From: Deltaproteobacteria bacterium
Lineage (GTDB): Bacteria; Myxococcota_A; UBA796; SXON01
Length of the DNA: 64,000 nucleotides
Direction: 5' to 3'
Assembly: GCA_947484175.1 (NCBI GenBank)
Contig: CANKOI010000006.1
Location: forward strand, 6,641 to 70,640
How positions within the stretch are numbered: the first letter of the stretch is position 1; every line of letters starts with the position of its first letter. The notes under the pieces are model-generated. The model was not told the DNA's origin and ran no database searches. It was given only the letters and a program-made list of their open reading frames with translations. This document shows positions 9,593 through 19,602 of the stretch, one piece after another. The position numbers and the translations under genes are program-made.

Positions 9593-12130
9593 GTGCTCCC
9601 ATTGAGCGCTCCGGAGTTTCCCTTGGCCGATCTCGTCTACGTTGCCCGCCCCGCCGAACTTGCCGCGCTCCAAGCGCACTTCGACTCCGCGAAGGGGGGC
9701 AAGTCGCGCCACGTGGTGCTGGAAGGGCCGCTCGGGTCGGGCAAGCGGGTGCTGGTAAGTGAGATGCTGCGGCTCCTCCCCAAGGACGACGACGTGCTCA
9801 CGATCCGCGTGGGCTTCACCGAAGACATGGACGGCGACGCGGCGATGAAGGCGCTCTACGCCGGCCTGTGCGGCGCACTCTATCGGGACACCGTGCTGCG
9901 CGGAAAGCTGGAGCTTGCGCTCCTCGGCCAGCTCCCGCTGTACGGAAAGCGCCAGCAGAGCTGGTTCCAGGTGTTCATCGACGGCGTAAAGAAGAACGTG
10001 CCGGAGCCCGGCGCCGACAAGATGCAGCTCGCCGTGCCGAGCGACAATCCGCTGGCAGCGTTCGTGGAGATCATCGCGGCCGTCGCCCGCAAGATCCCCA
10101 CCATCCTCGATCTCCAAAACGTCCACGTCGTACAGTCGCTCGCCCTGTTCACGCCCATCGACGCCCTGTGTGAGCTTCGGAAGGAGGGCAAACTCCTGCT
10201 CATCCTCGGGACAGAGTCGGTGGACGATGCGGCGCGCGCGTGGATGCCAGCGCCCTGGCTGGAACTGCTGGAGCGGCGGAAGGGGCAGCTGGAACGCTTC
10301 GTGATGGAGCCGTGGACAGGCGAAGACGTCGCCGCCTACACCGCCAGCCGCGACATCGCGCTCGCCGCCCCCGCGCGGGTGGCAGAGCTCGTACAGGGGC
10401 GGCCGGGTTTCATCGGCGAACTGATCGACCACCTGCAGGCCACCGGCCAGCTGGGGGCGGCCCTCGACGGCGAGCTGATCTCGCTCCTGCCTACCACGCT
10501 GGATGCCGCCGAATTGACCGCCGCACCGGCCACGCCCCCCAAGGAAGGCCGGAAGTACGCCGGCCCCGAAGACGCCGACCGCATCTTCCACCTCGCCGCG
10601 CTCCTCGGTGTGCAGTTCCCCAGCGGCCTCGTGGCCGACATGGCGGGCTTTGACCGCGACAGCGTGGACGACATCATGGACGCCGCGGGCGACCTGGTGA
10701 AGGAAGACCAGTTCCACAAGGGCTTCGACACCTGGCTCTACCAGTTCCACAAGCCGCTGTTCCGGGAAGCGGTGCTCCTCGCCCACCAGACCGATGCCGA
10801 CAAAGAGGTGGCGCGCCGCGTGGGCCTGTTCATGGAGCGCGTTTTGGCCCCCCGGGGCTACTTGTTCGTGGTGAAGACGGCGCGGCTGTACGCCGAGTAC
10901 GGCGTGGGGCAGCGGGCCAACCAGCTCCGCAGTTTGGCGCTCGGTCAAGAGAACCCCGCCGTATGGGGCATGGTGCACGACCTGTTGAAGCACTTCACGG
11001 AGGTCAACTGGAGCGACCCGCTGCGGCGCACCGTTTACCTGAACCTCGGCGAGCGAATGGTTAGCGGCGGTGCGGTCGAGGGCGCCGAGGCACTGATCAA
11101 CGAAGCGTTGGAGTGGGCCAGCGGCAAGGAAGACCGCACCCTGCAAGCTTGGTTGCTGTTCGCGGGCAGCCGCCTCGACTTCCGCCGCGGCGACATGTAC
11201 CGCAGCCGTGATCGCGCGAAGGACGCCGCCAAGCTCTACGCCGCGGCCGACGAGAAGATGAAGCTCGCCGAGCTCGAGAACCACCTCGCCAGCATCGAGC
11301 TGCAGGAGGGCAACGCCAACGCCTCGCTCGACCACATCCGCAAGGCGCTGGAGCACGCGAACGAGCCGCCGATTCAGGCCACCGCGGAGTTCATCCGCGG
11401 GATGATCGCGCGTCGAAACAACCGCACCCAAGAGGCCGCCGAACACTTCAAGAAGGCGAATGAAACGGCAGGCCAGCTGAACATGGCCCCGCTTGCGCTG
11501 GAGGCGGGCTTCCACTACGGCGAGGCCTTGTTGCTGTCGAAGCAGGCGTCGAACGCGGCGGACGTGCTGGCTCGGGTGGCGCAGCTCGCCAACCAGCTTC
11601 AGAACCCCGTGCGGGAACGGTCCGCGGCCGCGCTGCTGGCGCAGGCTCAGGGGCAGCTCCGCAACTTCGAAGCCGCGCTGCAGTTCGCCAACCGCACCCT
11701 CCAGCTCACGCAGTCCCTGAAGTTCGACAAGTTCCTCCCCGTCGACATCTACAACGTCGGCTACTACAACCTCGCCTTGGGTCGAAACACGGAGGCCGCT
11801 TCGCTGTTCGGCAAGGCGCGGGAGCGCGCCGGCGGCATGGATCCGCGGTTCTTGAAGGACCTCACGTTCAACTCGGGGATCGCCTTCGCCAAGATCGGCG
11901 AGAAGGCGAGCGCGGAGAATGCATTCGGGGAGGCGCTCGGCCACGCCAAGGCCAGCAAGGACCTGAAACGTTTCGTGGAGGCGAGCGAGAGCCTCGCCGG
12001 CCTCGTAGCCGCGCGCGACAAGCCTGCGGCCACGCGGCTCCTCAACGACGCGCTCGCCGCAGCCGACCAAGGCGGGCTGAAGGAAGAGCGGAAGGGGCTC
12101 CGTCGGAAGCTGGAAGAACTCGGCTCCTGA
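9593..12130 (+). CDS. STAND/AAA_16-like P-loop ATPase with C-terminal TPR repeats
   Basis: Walker A motif LEGPLGSGKRVL near the N-terminus, followed by about 400 aa of TPR-like helical repeats. No effector or DNA-binding domain seen. Confidence 0.65.
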   Translation: MLPLSAPEFPLADLVYVARPAELAALQAHFDSAKGGKSRHVVLEGPLGSGKRVLVSEMLRLLPKDDDVLTIRVGFTEDMDGDAAMKALYAGLCGALYRDTVLRGKLELALLGQLPLYGKRQQSWFQVFIDGVKKNVPEPGADKMQLAVPSDNPLAAFVEIIAAVARKIPTILDLQNVHVVQSLALFTPIDALCELRKEGKLLLILGTESVDDAARAWMPAPWLELLERRKGQLERFVMEPWTGEDVAAYTASRDIALAAPARVAELVQGRPGFIGELIDHLQATGQLGAALDGELISLLPTTLDAAELTAAPATPPKEGRKYAGPEDADRIFHLAALLGVQFPSGLVADMAGFDRDSVDDIMDAAGDLVKEDQFHKGFDTWLYQFHKPLFREAVLLAHQTDADKEVARRVGLFMERVLAPRGYLFVVKTARLYAEYGVGQRANQLRSLALGQENPAVWGMVHDLLKHFTEVNWSDPLRRTVYLNLGERMVSGGAVEGAEALINEALEWASGKEDRTLQAWLLFAGSRLDFRRGDMYRSRDRAKDAAKLYAAADEKMKLAELENHLASIELQEGNANASLDHIRKALEHANEPPIQATAEFIRGMIARRNNRTQEAAEHFKKANETAGQLNMAPLALEAGFHYGEALLLSKQASNAADVLARVAQLANQLQNPVRERSAAALLAQAQGQLRNFEAALQFANRTLQLTQSLKFDKFLPVDIYNVGYYNLALGRNTEAASLFGKARERAGGMDPRFLKDLTFNSGIAFAKIGEKASAENAFGEALGHAKASKDLKRFVEASESLAGLVAARDKPAATRLLNDALAAADQGGLKEERKGLRRKLEELGS

Positions 12131-13053
12131 TGGCGTGGACCGAGGCGGACATCCCCGATCAGTCGGGGCGTGTTGCGATCGTCACCGGCGGCAACGGCGG
12201 GCTCGGTTTGGAGAGCTCGCGGATGCTGGCCGCGGCGGGAGCCGAGGTGGTGATCGCGGCCCGCAACGAAACAAAGGCCGCCGAAGCCGTCGCCGCGATT
12301 CGGGAAAGCGTTCCCGAAGCGAGGCTGAGCGTGCAGCCGCTCGACCTCTCGAGCCTCGTGAGCGTGCGGGCGTTCGTGCAGCGTTGGCTTGCCGAGCGGG
12401 GCGCCCTCGACATCCTCGTGAACAACGCCGGCGTGATGGCGATTCCGCGCTCGCTCTCCGCCGACGGCTTCGAGATGCAGTTGGCCACCAACCACCTCGG
12501 CCACTTCGCGCTCACACTGGGGCTGATGCCAGCCTTGCAACGCGCCGCCACCGCGCGGGTGGTGACCGTTTCCAGCACCGTACACTTCGGTGGCCGCATC
12601 CACTTCGACGACCTCGATGGGGAGCGGGGCTACTCTCCGTGGCCCTGGTACTTTCAGAGCAAGCTCGCGAACCTCCTGTTCGTGGCGGAGCTGGACCGGC
12701 GCCTGCGCTCCGCCCGCAGCTCGGTAGCGGCGCTCGCGGCCCACCCCGGCTACTCCGCCACCGACCTGCAGTTCGTGGCCGGGCGGGCGCGCGGGGCAGC
12801 GGCCGAGCAGACCCTCATGAGCTTCGCCAACGCTGCGTTCGCCCAGTCGGCAGCGGCCGGGGCGCTCCCGAGTGTGCAGGCGGCGACGGATCCAGCGGCC
12901 CTCAGCGGTGAGTACTGGGGATCTCGTTGGCTGGGCTGGTTCGGCGCGCCCGCCCGGGTGGGTCGCTCTGGAGCGGCCCGCGACGAGCAAGTGGCTGCGC
13001 GGCTTTGGGAGGTGTCGGAGGCGCGGACGGGGTTGTCGCTGGCGCTTTCCTAA
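12130..13053 (+). CDS. SDR family oxidoreductase
   Basis: Contains VTGGNGGLGLE, NNAGVM and YFQSKLAN. Its ATG overlaps the upstream stop (TGATG). Confidence 0.85.
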   Translation: MAWTEADIPDQSGRVAIVTGGNGGLGLESSRMLAAAGAEVVIAARNETKAAEAVAAIRESVPEARLSVQPLDLSSLVSVRAFVQRWLAERGALDILVNNAGVMAIPRSLSADGFEMQLATNHLGHFALTLGLMPALQRAATARVVTVSSTVHFGGRIHFDDLDGERGYSPWPWYFQSKLANLLFVAELDRRLRSARSSVAALAAHPGYSATDLQFVAGRARGAAAEQTLMSFANAAFAQSAAAGALPSVQAATDPAALSGEYWGSRWLGWFGAPARVGRSGAARDEQVAARLWEVSEARTGLSLALS

Positions 13054-13823
13054 ACGGCGAAAACGCGCCCCGCGTGCCGCTGCCGGAACCCGGACTCCGG
13101 GCCCGGGCGCAGGAGCACCGGCAGGCCAAGCAGCCACCGCCACGAAACGCTGGGGTGAAACATCGGCGCCGCCGGAGTGAAGCGGCGGGTGAGGCGCCAC
13201 CCGGCGGCGGCGAAGGTGTCGTCTACGAAGCGTTCGCTGTACAGGCGGTCGGGCGCTTCGTGCTCGAACTGCGAGATGGCGAAGGCGCCCCGGCCGGGCA
13301 GCACCCAGGTGACCACCAAGGCGGCGTCGGGAGCCGCCACTTCGCGGAGCGCTTGCGCAAAACGGGAGAGGTTCAGGCACCAGGGCAGTGAATACCGCAC
13401 CAGCAGCAGATTCCATGTTCCGGGCGCCCGCTCTGCGAGCTCCCCGCCCTGGAAGTCAAAGGGGCTGGCCGCCACGCCGAGCCCGTCAGCGTGGGCGCGG
13501 GCGTGGGGGCTGAATTCAAGCAGGAGGGTGCCCGTCACGTCGGGGGCGGCGGCGAGGTCGGCCGCCACCCATCCCGGACCGCCGCCGACATCCAGCACGC
13601 GGCCGGACGGACGGATGCCCGCGTCGGCGAGCCAGCCACGCACGAGCGCCACCTCGCGCACCCCCGAGTCCGGATCGGAGTTGCGGAAGTAAGCGATCTC
13701 GCGCTCGGGCTCCGATCTGCGAGGCTCTCGACTGGCACTTCCGCAGGCCGAACACACCCACCAGCGGTGCCGCCACACGCCCAGGGCCTGCACACTACCG
13801 CCGCACGCGGGACAACCCTCCAT
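13050..13823 (-). CDS. class I SAM-dependent methyltransferase with N-terminal Cys4 zinc ribbon
   Basis: CPACGG...CSACGS, followed by motif I VLDVGGGPGW. Confidence 0.7.
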   Translation of the reverse strand: MEGCPACGGSVQALGVWRHRWWVCSACGSASREPRRSEPEREIAYFRNSDPDSGVREVALVRGWLADAGIRPSGRVLDVGGGPGWVAADLAAAPDVTGTLLLEFSPHARAHADGLGVAASPFDFQGGELAERAPGTWNLLLVRYSLPWCLNLSRFAQALREVAAPDAALVVTWVLPGRGAFAISQFEHEAPDRLYSERFVDDTFAAAGWRLTRRFTPAAPMFHPSVSWRWLLGLPVLLRPGPESGFRQRHAGRVFAV

Positions 13824-13852
13824 CCACCCGAGCTAACGGATAGCCCTCCGGC

Positions 13853-14650
13853 GTGCGGGTCCTCGTTCACGCAGACGACCTCGGCCTGTCCCCGGCCGTG
13901 AACGAAGCGATCGGCCGGAGCTGCCGCGCCGGGTGGGTGCAAAGTGTGAGCGCCTTGGCCACCGGCCCCGCCTTCGCCCACGCCGCGGCCGGGTCGCTTC
14001 CTGCAGACGCCGACGTGGGCGTGCATCTCGATCTCACCGAGTTTGCCTCGCTCACCGGGGTAGCTGCGCTCGAAGATCTGCGCGGCCTCGCCGCGAAGGG
14101 GGGGGCCCCGCTGTTGACTGCGCTCGACCGGCTGGGCTCCAAATCGCCAAGCGTGGTGGAGTCCGAATGGGCCGCCCAGATTGAAGCGGTGCGTGCCTGG
14201 TGGACGGTGTCGCATCTGGACAGCCACCAGCACATCCACTGGCGGCCGGCGCTGTGGCCCCCGCTTCGGAACGTGATGCGGCGCATGGGCGTGCGCGCCG
14301 TGCGGGGCGTGGCGCCGTGGCGGCCGGAGGCCGACGCCGCGGCGCGGGCGCTACAACGGGGCCGCGCGGCCCGATTCCGCGCGGCGTTCCGCGACTGGGT
14401 GACGACCGACGCGGTCGCCAATCCGGCCGCCTTCCGCTGGCTCCTCGCCAACCCGCGCCGGCAGCCCCCCGTGGTGGAGCTCATCGTGCACCCCGGCAAC
14501 CCTGCCCACCCCCACTACGAGGCCGACATGCACTGGCTCGTAGAGGCATGTGGTGTTCTGCAAGCGCGGCACCGCCCGGTGTCGTGGCGCGAGCTCGTGG
14601 GAGACTCCAAGGACAGGATGCACAAAACAAACGGGCACCCGTCGCCTTGA
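13853..14650 (+). CDS. YdjC/ChbG/HpnK-family carbohydrate deacetylase
   Basis: Contains MRVLVHADDLGLSPAVNEAI and HLDSHQHIH. Confidence 0.75.
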   Translation: MRVLVHADDLGLSPAVNEAIGRSCRAGWVQSVSALATGPAFAHAAAGSLPADADVGVHLDLTEFASLTGVAALEDLRGLAAKGGAPLLTALDRLGSKSPSVVESEWAAQIEAVRAWWTVSHLDSHQHIHWRPALWPPLRNVMRRMGVRAVRGVAPWRPEADAAARALQRGRAARFRAAFRDWVTTDAVANPAAFRWLLANPRRQPPVVELIVHPGNPAHPHYEADMHWLVEACGVLQARHRPVSWRELVGDSKDRMHKTNGHPSP

Positions 14651-14696
14651 ATTCCGCGCACTGGCGAGGTAGGCGCCGGCCATTCCCGAGTTCGCC

Positions 14697-14906
14697 ATGG
14701 CCAAGTCGTCCGACGCTCCGAAAAAGTCTCGCGCTGCCCCCAAAAAAGCGCCGAAGGCTGTAGCCCCTCCCGAAGCCGCCGCTCCCGCCCCCTCGGCGCC
14801 GCCCACCCCCGAGGCGATCCGTCGCCGGGCCTACGAGCTGTGGCTTGAGAACGGCGGGAGCGCCACCGAGAACTGGCTCGAGGCCGAGCGGCAGCTGCGC
14901 AGCTGA
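14697..14906 (+). CDS. DUF2934 domain protein
   Basis: Lys/Pro/Ala-rich N-terminus, then IRRRAYELWLENGGSATENWLEAERQL. Confidence 0.7.
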   Translation: MAKSSDAPKKSRAAPKKAPKAVAPPEAAAPAPSAPPTPEAIRRRAYELWLENGGSATENWLEAERQLRS

Positions 14907-14912
14907 GCCCCC

Positions 14913-16418
14913 GTGCGGTCCTTCGCCTCCACCCTCGTGACGATCCTCCTCACGATCGCCGCTTGGGAGTTGCTCCGGTGGGCCGCGTGGCGAACGCTGC
15001 GAGAGCGCTGGCAGCGCAGCATCGGCGACTGGATGCGCAAGCACGACGTGCGCCTCGAGCAGTTCCGCTTCGTCGACCGGTTGTGGGTGAGGCAGACCCT
15101 CCTGCAGGACCCGGCGCTGGACGGAGCCGCAGCGGAGAGCGCCGCCGCCTCCGGGGAGACCATCGGAGTGGTGCGGGCGCGAATGGAGCAATGGCTCGAC
15201 GAGATCGTGCCGGTGTTCAACGTTTTCAGCTACTACAAAGTGGGCGGGGCCGTGGCGACTGCAGCCGTACGCCTCTGCTACGAGCTCGTGTTCGACCACC
15301 GTGGGCTTGAGCGCGCGCGGAAGGCCGTCCCGACCGGCGCGGTGACCGTGTATGTGGCTAACCACCGCAGCAACGCAGACTACATCGTACTCTCCGTGGG
15401 GGCGATGCGACAGGTGGCGCTGAGCTACGCCGTGGGCGAGTGGGCGCGCGTGTGGCCGCTGGACTCGCTATTTCGGAGCTTCGGGAGCTACCTGATCCGA
15501 CGAGGCGAGCGCGACCCGCTCTACCACCGCGTGCTCAGTCGCTACCTGCAGCTGGTGGCCGGCCGAGGGCTCACAACCGCCTTCTTCCTCGAAGGAGCGC
15601 TCTCGCGCGACGGCGCCTTCCGGGTGCCCAAGATCGGCCTCCTCGACTACCTCGTAGGCATCCTCCACGACGATCCGGGCCGCGAGATCGTGTTCATCCC
15701 CGTCGGCCTGAACTTTGACCGCGTGCTGGAGGACCGCAGCCTCACCGCCGAGGCGCCCGACGCTCCGCCGCCCCGCCGCCGCGAAAAGCTACTGTCGTTG
15801 TGGCGCATCCTGCGGTCGCTGCCGCGCATGCTGCTCGGCTTGTTCGGACCGCGCTGGCTCGCCGCACACCGCCGCTTCGGCTACGCCGCCGTCTCCTTCG
15901 GTAAAACCCTGCCCATCCGGACACTCCTGCCGGATGCCGACGCCGTGGCCCGCCTCCCGCGCAAAGAACGCCACACGCGGATCGCGTACCTCGCGGACCA
16001 GTTGATGGCCGAAGTGGCGCGCGTTGTTCCGGCCACGCCGGTTCCGCTCGTTTGCCGCGCGCTCTCTGCCGGCGAACGTGAACACTCAGCGCTGCTTCGC
16101 TGGGTGCGCGAGGACATCGCGGCGAGGCGCGCAGAGGGCGGCCCCGTGGCACAAGGCCGCGCCTTCGCCGCCATCCACGCCAGCCGCGCAGACGACGAAG
16201 GTGACGACCGGGACGCCGAGCGGATCAGCCGCGAAATCCTCGACGCCGAAGAGGCCGAGCGCACCGTCGACCTCGGCCTCGAGCTCCTCCGGAAACGCGG
16301 CGTGGTTCGCAGACGCGGGAGCCGTTTTGAGGTTGACGAAGCGTCTGCCGCCCTGGTGACCTACTACGCCCTCTCCCTCGAAGCCCCTCGACACTTTGCG
16401 GCTACACGGGGCCCGTGA
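14913..16418 (+). CDS. PlsB-like glycerol-3-phosphate/lysophospholipid acyltransferase
   Basis: H(X4)D motif NHRSNAD, then FFLEGALSRDG and IPVGLNFDRV. Confidence 0.7.
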   Translation: MRSFASTLVTILLTIAAWELLRWAAWRTLRERWQRSIGDWMRKHDVRLEQFRFVDRLWVRQTLLQDPALDGAAAESAAASGETIGVVRARMEQWLDEIVPVFNVFSYYKVGGAVATAAVRLCYELVFDHRGLERARKAVPTGAVTVYVANHRSNADYIVLSVGAMRQVALSYAVGEWARVWPLDSLFRSFGSYLIRRGERDPLYHRVLSRYLQLVAGRGLTTAFFLEGALSRDGAFRVPKIGLLDYLVGILHDDPGREIVFIPVGLNFDRVLEDRSLTAEAPDAPPPRRREKLLSLWRILRSLPRMLLGLFGPRWLAAHRRFGYAAVSFGKTLPIRTLLPDADAVARLPRKERHTRIAYLADQLMAEVARVVPATPVPLVCRALSAGEREHSALLRWVREDIAARRAEGGPVAQGRAFAAIHASRADDEGDDRDAERISREILDAEEAERTVDLGLELLRKRGVVRRRGSRFEVDEASAALVTYYALSLEAPRHFAATRGP

Positions 16419-16426
16419 GGCCGAGA

Positions 16427-16503
16427 TGGCGCCCCCGGCGCGGTTCGAACGCGCGACCCCCAGTTTAGGAAACTGGTGCTCTATCCAGCTGAGCTACGGG
16501 AGC
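16427..16503 (-). tRNA. tRNA-Arg (anticodon CCU), CCA encoded
   Basis: The reverse complement is GCTCCCGTAGCTCAGCTGGATAGAGCACCAGTTTCCTAAACTGGGGGTCGCGCGTTCGAACCGCGCCGGGGGCGCCA. It has a 7-bp acceptor stem, a TTCGAAC T-loop and the anticodon loop TTCCTAA. Confidence 0.9.
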
Positions 16504-16513
16504 GGTGACCGGC

Positions 16514-17023
16514 TCAGGCCGGCGTAACGGAGATGATTACGGTGGTTTTCCCGGTGGCGGCAGTGCAGGCAATTGCCATGCGCTCCCCCGAGCCCGTGAG
16601 CGTGGTGGCCCAGGTGCCCATCGCTTCGGTGTCGAACTCGATAGCGTAGCCGGCTGCCGTGGCCCAGGCTTTGACCGCTGTGCACGAGTCCTGAGGCGTG
16701 CTCTTCGACTGCATCGTGATGGAGTCGCTTCCGCCGCCCTCGGTGCACACCTGCACGGTGGTGCCGGGGGCCGCAGTCAGCGTCCTGAACTTTCCGCAGG
16801 CGCCGACGAGCGGGCCGGACCCGACCGCCAGAGCGGCAGGTGTACCCGGGCTGTCCGAGACCTCTACAGGCTCCGAGGGCGCCCCGAGCTCCGTGAGCGT
16901 CGAAGTCAGGTCCTCCCCGCAGCAGCAGCAGGCACCCGCAGCGAACGCCATCGCGGACACGGGGAGAAGCAGCTTCACGGGAGGCCTTGGAACCGCCGGA
17001 GCGTACCGCGCGACCGTCGGCAT
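16514..17023 (-). CDS. Cys-rich lipoprotein, unknown function
   Basis: KLLLPVSAMAFAAGAC lipobox. The start is uncertain (ATG 17023 or GTG 16978). Confidence 0.45.
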   Translation of the reverse strand: MPTVARYAPAVPRPPVKLLLPVSAMAFAAGACCCCGEDLTSTLTELGAPSEPVEVSDSPGTPAALAVGSGPLVGACGKFRTLTAAPGTTVQVCTEGGGSDSITMQSKSTPQDSCTAVKAWATAAGYAIEFDTEAMGTWATTLTGSGERMAIACTAATGKTTVIISVTPA

Positions 17024-17073
17024 GGCCAGCCGGCCGAGGCCTAGCCCCCGCTGTTTCACGTTATTATCGCCGC

Positions 17074-18390
17074 ATGTTGCTCCTGCTCCTCGCCTGTGAC
17101 GGCGCCCCTGAAGACAGCACCGCGCCGCCACGCGCCGTCCCGTGGTCCCGCGCCCGGGCACGCGTGGATGAGGCCACTTCCGACGGGCGACAGCTCCGCC
17201 GGGCGATCGTCCACTTGCACTCGCCCCTGTCGCACGATGCCTGCGACGACCACGAAACGCCCGCGGAGCCGTGCTTGGCCGACTTGCGCGCCGGCCTCTG
17301 CGACGCCGCCGTAGACTTCGCGTTCTTCACCGACCACCCCGACAGCGCCGCGGCAACCCCCTTCGCCGACCTCTTCTGGCCGCAGGAGGGCGACGAGTCG
17401 GTGGATGGTATCGCCAGCCGGCTGCACTGCGACGACGGCAGCTCCACCCTGTGGATCGCGGGAATCGAAGACGAACTGATGCCCGTGGCGCTCGACCAGC
17501 ACGTAGCGAGCGACGAGGGCGAAAATGACCGCCTCTACAACGGCTCCGATCAGGAGGCGGTCGCCGCACAGGTGGCCGCTGGCGCCGTGGTGTTGCAGGC
17601 CCACACGGAGGGGCAGGAGCTCACCACCCTGCTGGAGCGCCAAGAGTGGGGTCAGTCCGGCGTGGAGATGTTCAACCTGCACGCGATGGTCGACCCGCGG
17701 AAGCGGGAAGAGGACCTCGGCTTGGAGCCGCTCGACTACCTGACCGATGCCGGCCCCTTCATCAGTGCCACTTCCGGCGCCGAGCCCGACCTCGTCTTCC
17801 TGGCGTTTTATCAGGAGCAGACCGTCTCGCTTGAGCGATGGGATGCGCTCAATCGGGTGGCCCCCTCGCTCGGAACGGCGGGAACCGACGCTCATCAGAA
17901 CGCCCTCCCGATGCTCATGCGCGATGGCGAACGCGTGGACTCCTACCGTCGCATGATGACCTGGTTCGGAAACTACCTTGCGGTGGAGTCGAACACCCCT
18001 GCCGCCGCAGAGGCCGCCCTGCGCGAACGCAAGGGATTTGTCGCCTTCGACATCCTGGGCACCCCCAGCGGATTTTACGTCGCCTACGGTCAGAATGCCT
18101 GGTCGGCAGACAACGCCGCCGTCGGCGACGTCTTGAGCGTGGCCTGCCCCACCCTCGCCGAGCTCTCCCCCACCGACACCGCCGAGCCCGTCGTGACCGT
18201 TTCGGTGCTCCGCGACGGCGTGCCTTGGCAAACCGGCTGCGGAACCTTCAAGGTGGACGAACCCGGCGTGTACCGCGTACGCGTGGACATCGTGCCCCAC
18301 CACCTGACCACGTTCCTCAGCGATCAGGCGTCCACGCTCGTTCGGCCCCACCCTTGGCTGTATTCGCAGGCCTTCCGGATCGGACTGTAG
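17074..18390 (+). CDS. lipoprotein with PHP-like metal-phosphoesterase motifs
   Basis: The ATG at 17074 gives MLLLLLAC. VHLHSPLSHDAC and GTDAHQN resemble PHP-domain metal ligands. This is a weak call. Confidence 0.4.
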   Translation: MLLLLLACDGAPEDSTAPPRAVPWSRARARVDEATSDGRQLRRAIVHLHSPLSHDACDDHETPAEPCLADLRAGLCDAAVDFAFFTDHPDSAAATPFADLFWPQEGDESVDGIASRLHCDDGSSTLWIAGIEDELMPVALDQHVASDEGENDRLYNGSDQEAVAAQVAAGAVVLQAHTEGQELTTLLERQEWGQSGVEMFNLHAMVDPRKREEDLGLEPLDYLTDAGPFISATSGAEPDLVFLAFYQEQTVSLERWDALNRVAPSLGTAGTDAHQNALPMLMRDGERVDSYRRMMTWFGNYLAVESNTPAAAEAALRERKGFVAFDILGTPSGFYVAYGQNAWSADNAAVGDVLSVACPTLAELSPTDTAEPVVTVSVLRDGVPWQTGCGTFKVDEPGVYRVRVDIVPHHLTTFLSDQASTLVRPHPWLYSQAFRIGL

Positions 18391-18442
18391 ATTGACGCCA
18401 CCCTCCCCCTCGACTACCCTGCGCCATCTCGCGGAGTCCTGC

Positions 18443-19597
18443 ATGCGCGCACCCCTCCTCACTCTCGGCGCCGTGCTCGCCGTGGTCGCACTCGAAGGCT
18501 GCGAAGGCTGCAACGACCACACCATCGCGCCGCTCGGCGACGAAGAGGACCTGTTCACCAACGACATCGGCGCCTGGCTGTCGATGGCCGTCACTCCCGA
18601 GGGGAAGCCCGCGATCGCCTACTACGACCGCACCATGGGCGCGCTTGGCTACGCAGTAGGCACCGTCGACAAGAACGGAAAGGTGAAGTGGGAGCGGGAG
18701 CAGGTGGACTCCTACCCCGACGAGAACGGCCTGAACCCCGGAGACGCGGGGCGCTACGCAAGCATGAAGATCACCAGCTCCGGCCAGGTGTGGATCGCCT
18801 ACCAGGACGTGAGCAACGGCACCCTGAAGTACGCCCACAAAGGCGACGGCGTGTGGGACATCGGCGTGGCCGACATCGGCGGCGGCGCCAAGACCGACGC
18901 CGGCTACTGGGCGAGCCTCGCGCTCGACTCCAGCGAGAACCCCGTCGTGGCCCACTTCGACAACGGCAAGGGCAACCTCCGGGTCACCCGGTGGAACGGC
19001 TCAACGTTCGCCGGAGTGGTGGCTGCGGAAGGCGAAGCCCACACCCCCGACACGGGTGGCGAGGCGATCGCTGCCAGCGTGGGCGAGTACGCGAACTTGG
19101 TGATCGCCAGCGACGGCACGGAATACATCGCCTACTACGACCGTGCCGCCACGGCGTTGATGCTGGCGAGCGGCAAGGGCGGCACCTACGACACCGAAGT
19201 GGTGGATGACTCTGGAGACGTGGGCCAGTGGCCCTCCACCGTGCTCGACGGCTCGGAGCTGTGGATCGCCTACCAGGACGTCGGCAACCAAGACCTGCGT
19301 GTCGCCAGCGGGAAGTCAGGAAGCTGGACAACCGAGGTGGTAGACGCCGGCGACCACATCGGAGCCGACGCGGCCTTCTTCTTGGACGACGGCAAGCCCG
19401 GCATCGTGTACTTCGACGGCTTCCAGAACGACATGAAGCTCGCTCGGAACACGGGCGACGCGTGGACGGCAGAAAAGGTAGCCGGCGACGAGGGAGCGTT
19501 AGGGTTTCACAACGAAACGGTGAAGATCGGAGCGGCCCGCTACGTCGCCTGCTACGATTTCACCGCCCGGTCCGTGTTCTTCGCCACGCTGCCCTGA
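18443..19597 (+). CDS. repeat (probable beta-propeller) lipoprotein
   Basis: The ATG at 18443 follows GGAG, and VVALEGC is the lipobox. There are six repeats of the type (I/W)IAY(Y/Q)D....(L/M)..A. Confidence 0.55.
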   Translation: MRAPLLTLGAVLAVVALEGCEGCNDHTIAPLGDEEDLFTNDIGAWLSMAVTPEGKPAIAYYDRTMGALGYAVGTVDKNGKVKWEREQVDSYPDENGLNPGDAGRYASMKITSSGQVWIAYQDVSNGTLKYAHKGDGVWDIGVADIGGGAKTDAGYWASLALDSSENPVVAHFDNGKGNLRVTRWNGSTFAGVVAAEGEAHTPDTGGEAIAASVGEYANLVIASDGTEYIAYYDRAATALMLASGKGGTYDTEVVDDSGDVGQWPSTVLDGSELWIAYQDVGNQDLRVASGKSGSWTTEVVDAGDHIGADAAFFLDDGKPGIVYFDGFQNDMKLARNTGDAWTAEKVAGDEGALGFHNETVKIGAARYVACYDFTARSVFFATLP

Positions 19598-19602
19598 GCC
19601 TC

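Noticed and set aside
9587-12070. 827-aa minus-strand ORF
   Set aside because: It is the exact antisense of the ATPase-TPR gene. The translation is low-complexity (E/R/G/V/L) with no motifs, whereas the plus strand carries a Walker A motif and TPR repeats.
16427-17100. tRNA-Arg(CCU) as a possible integration site for a mobile element
   Set aside because: There is no integrase, no excisionase and no direct repeat of the tRNA 3' end in the flanks. The neighbouring genes are ordinary lipoproteins with host-like composition.
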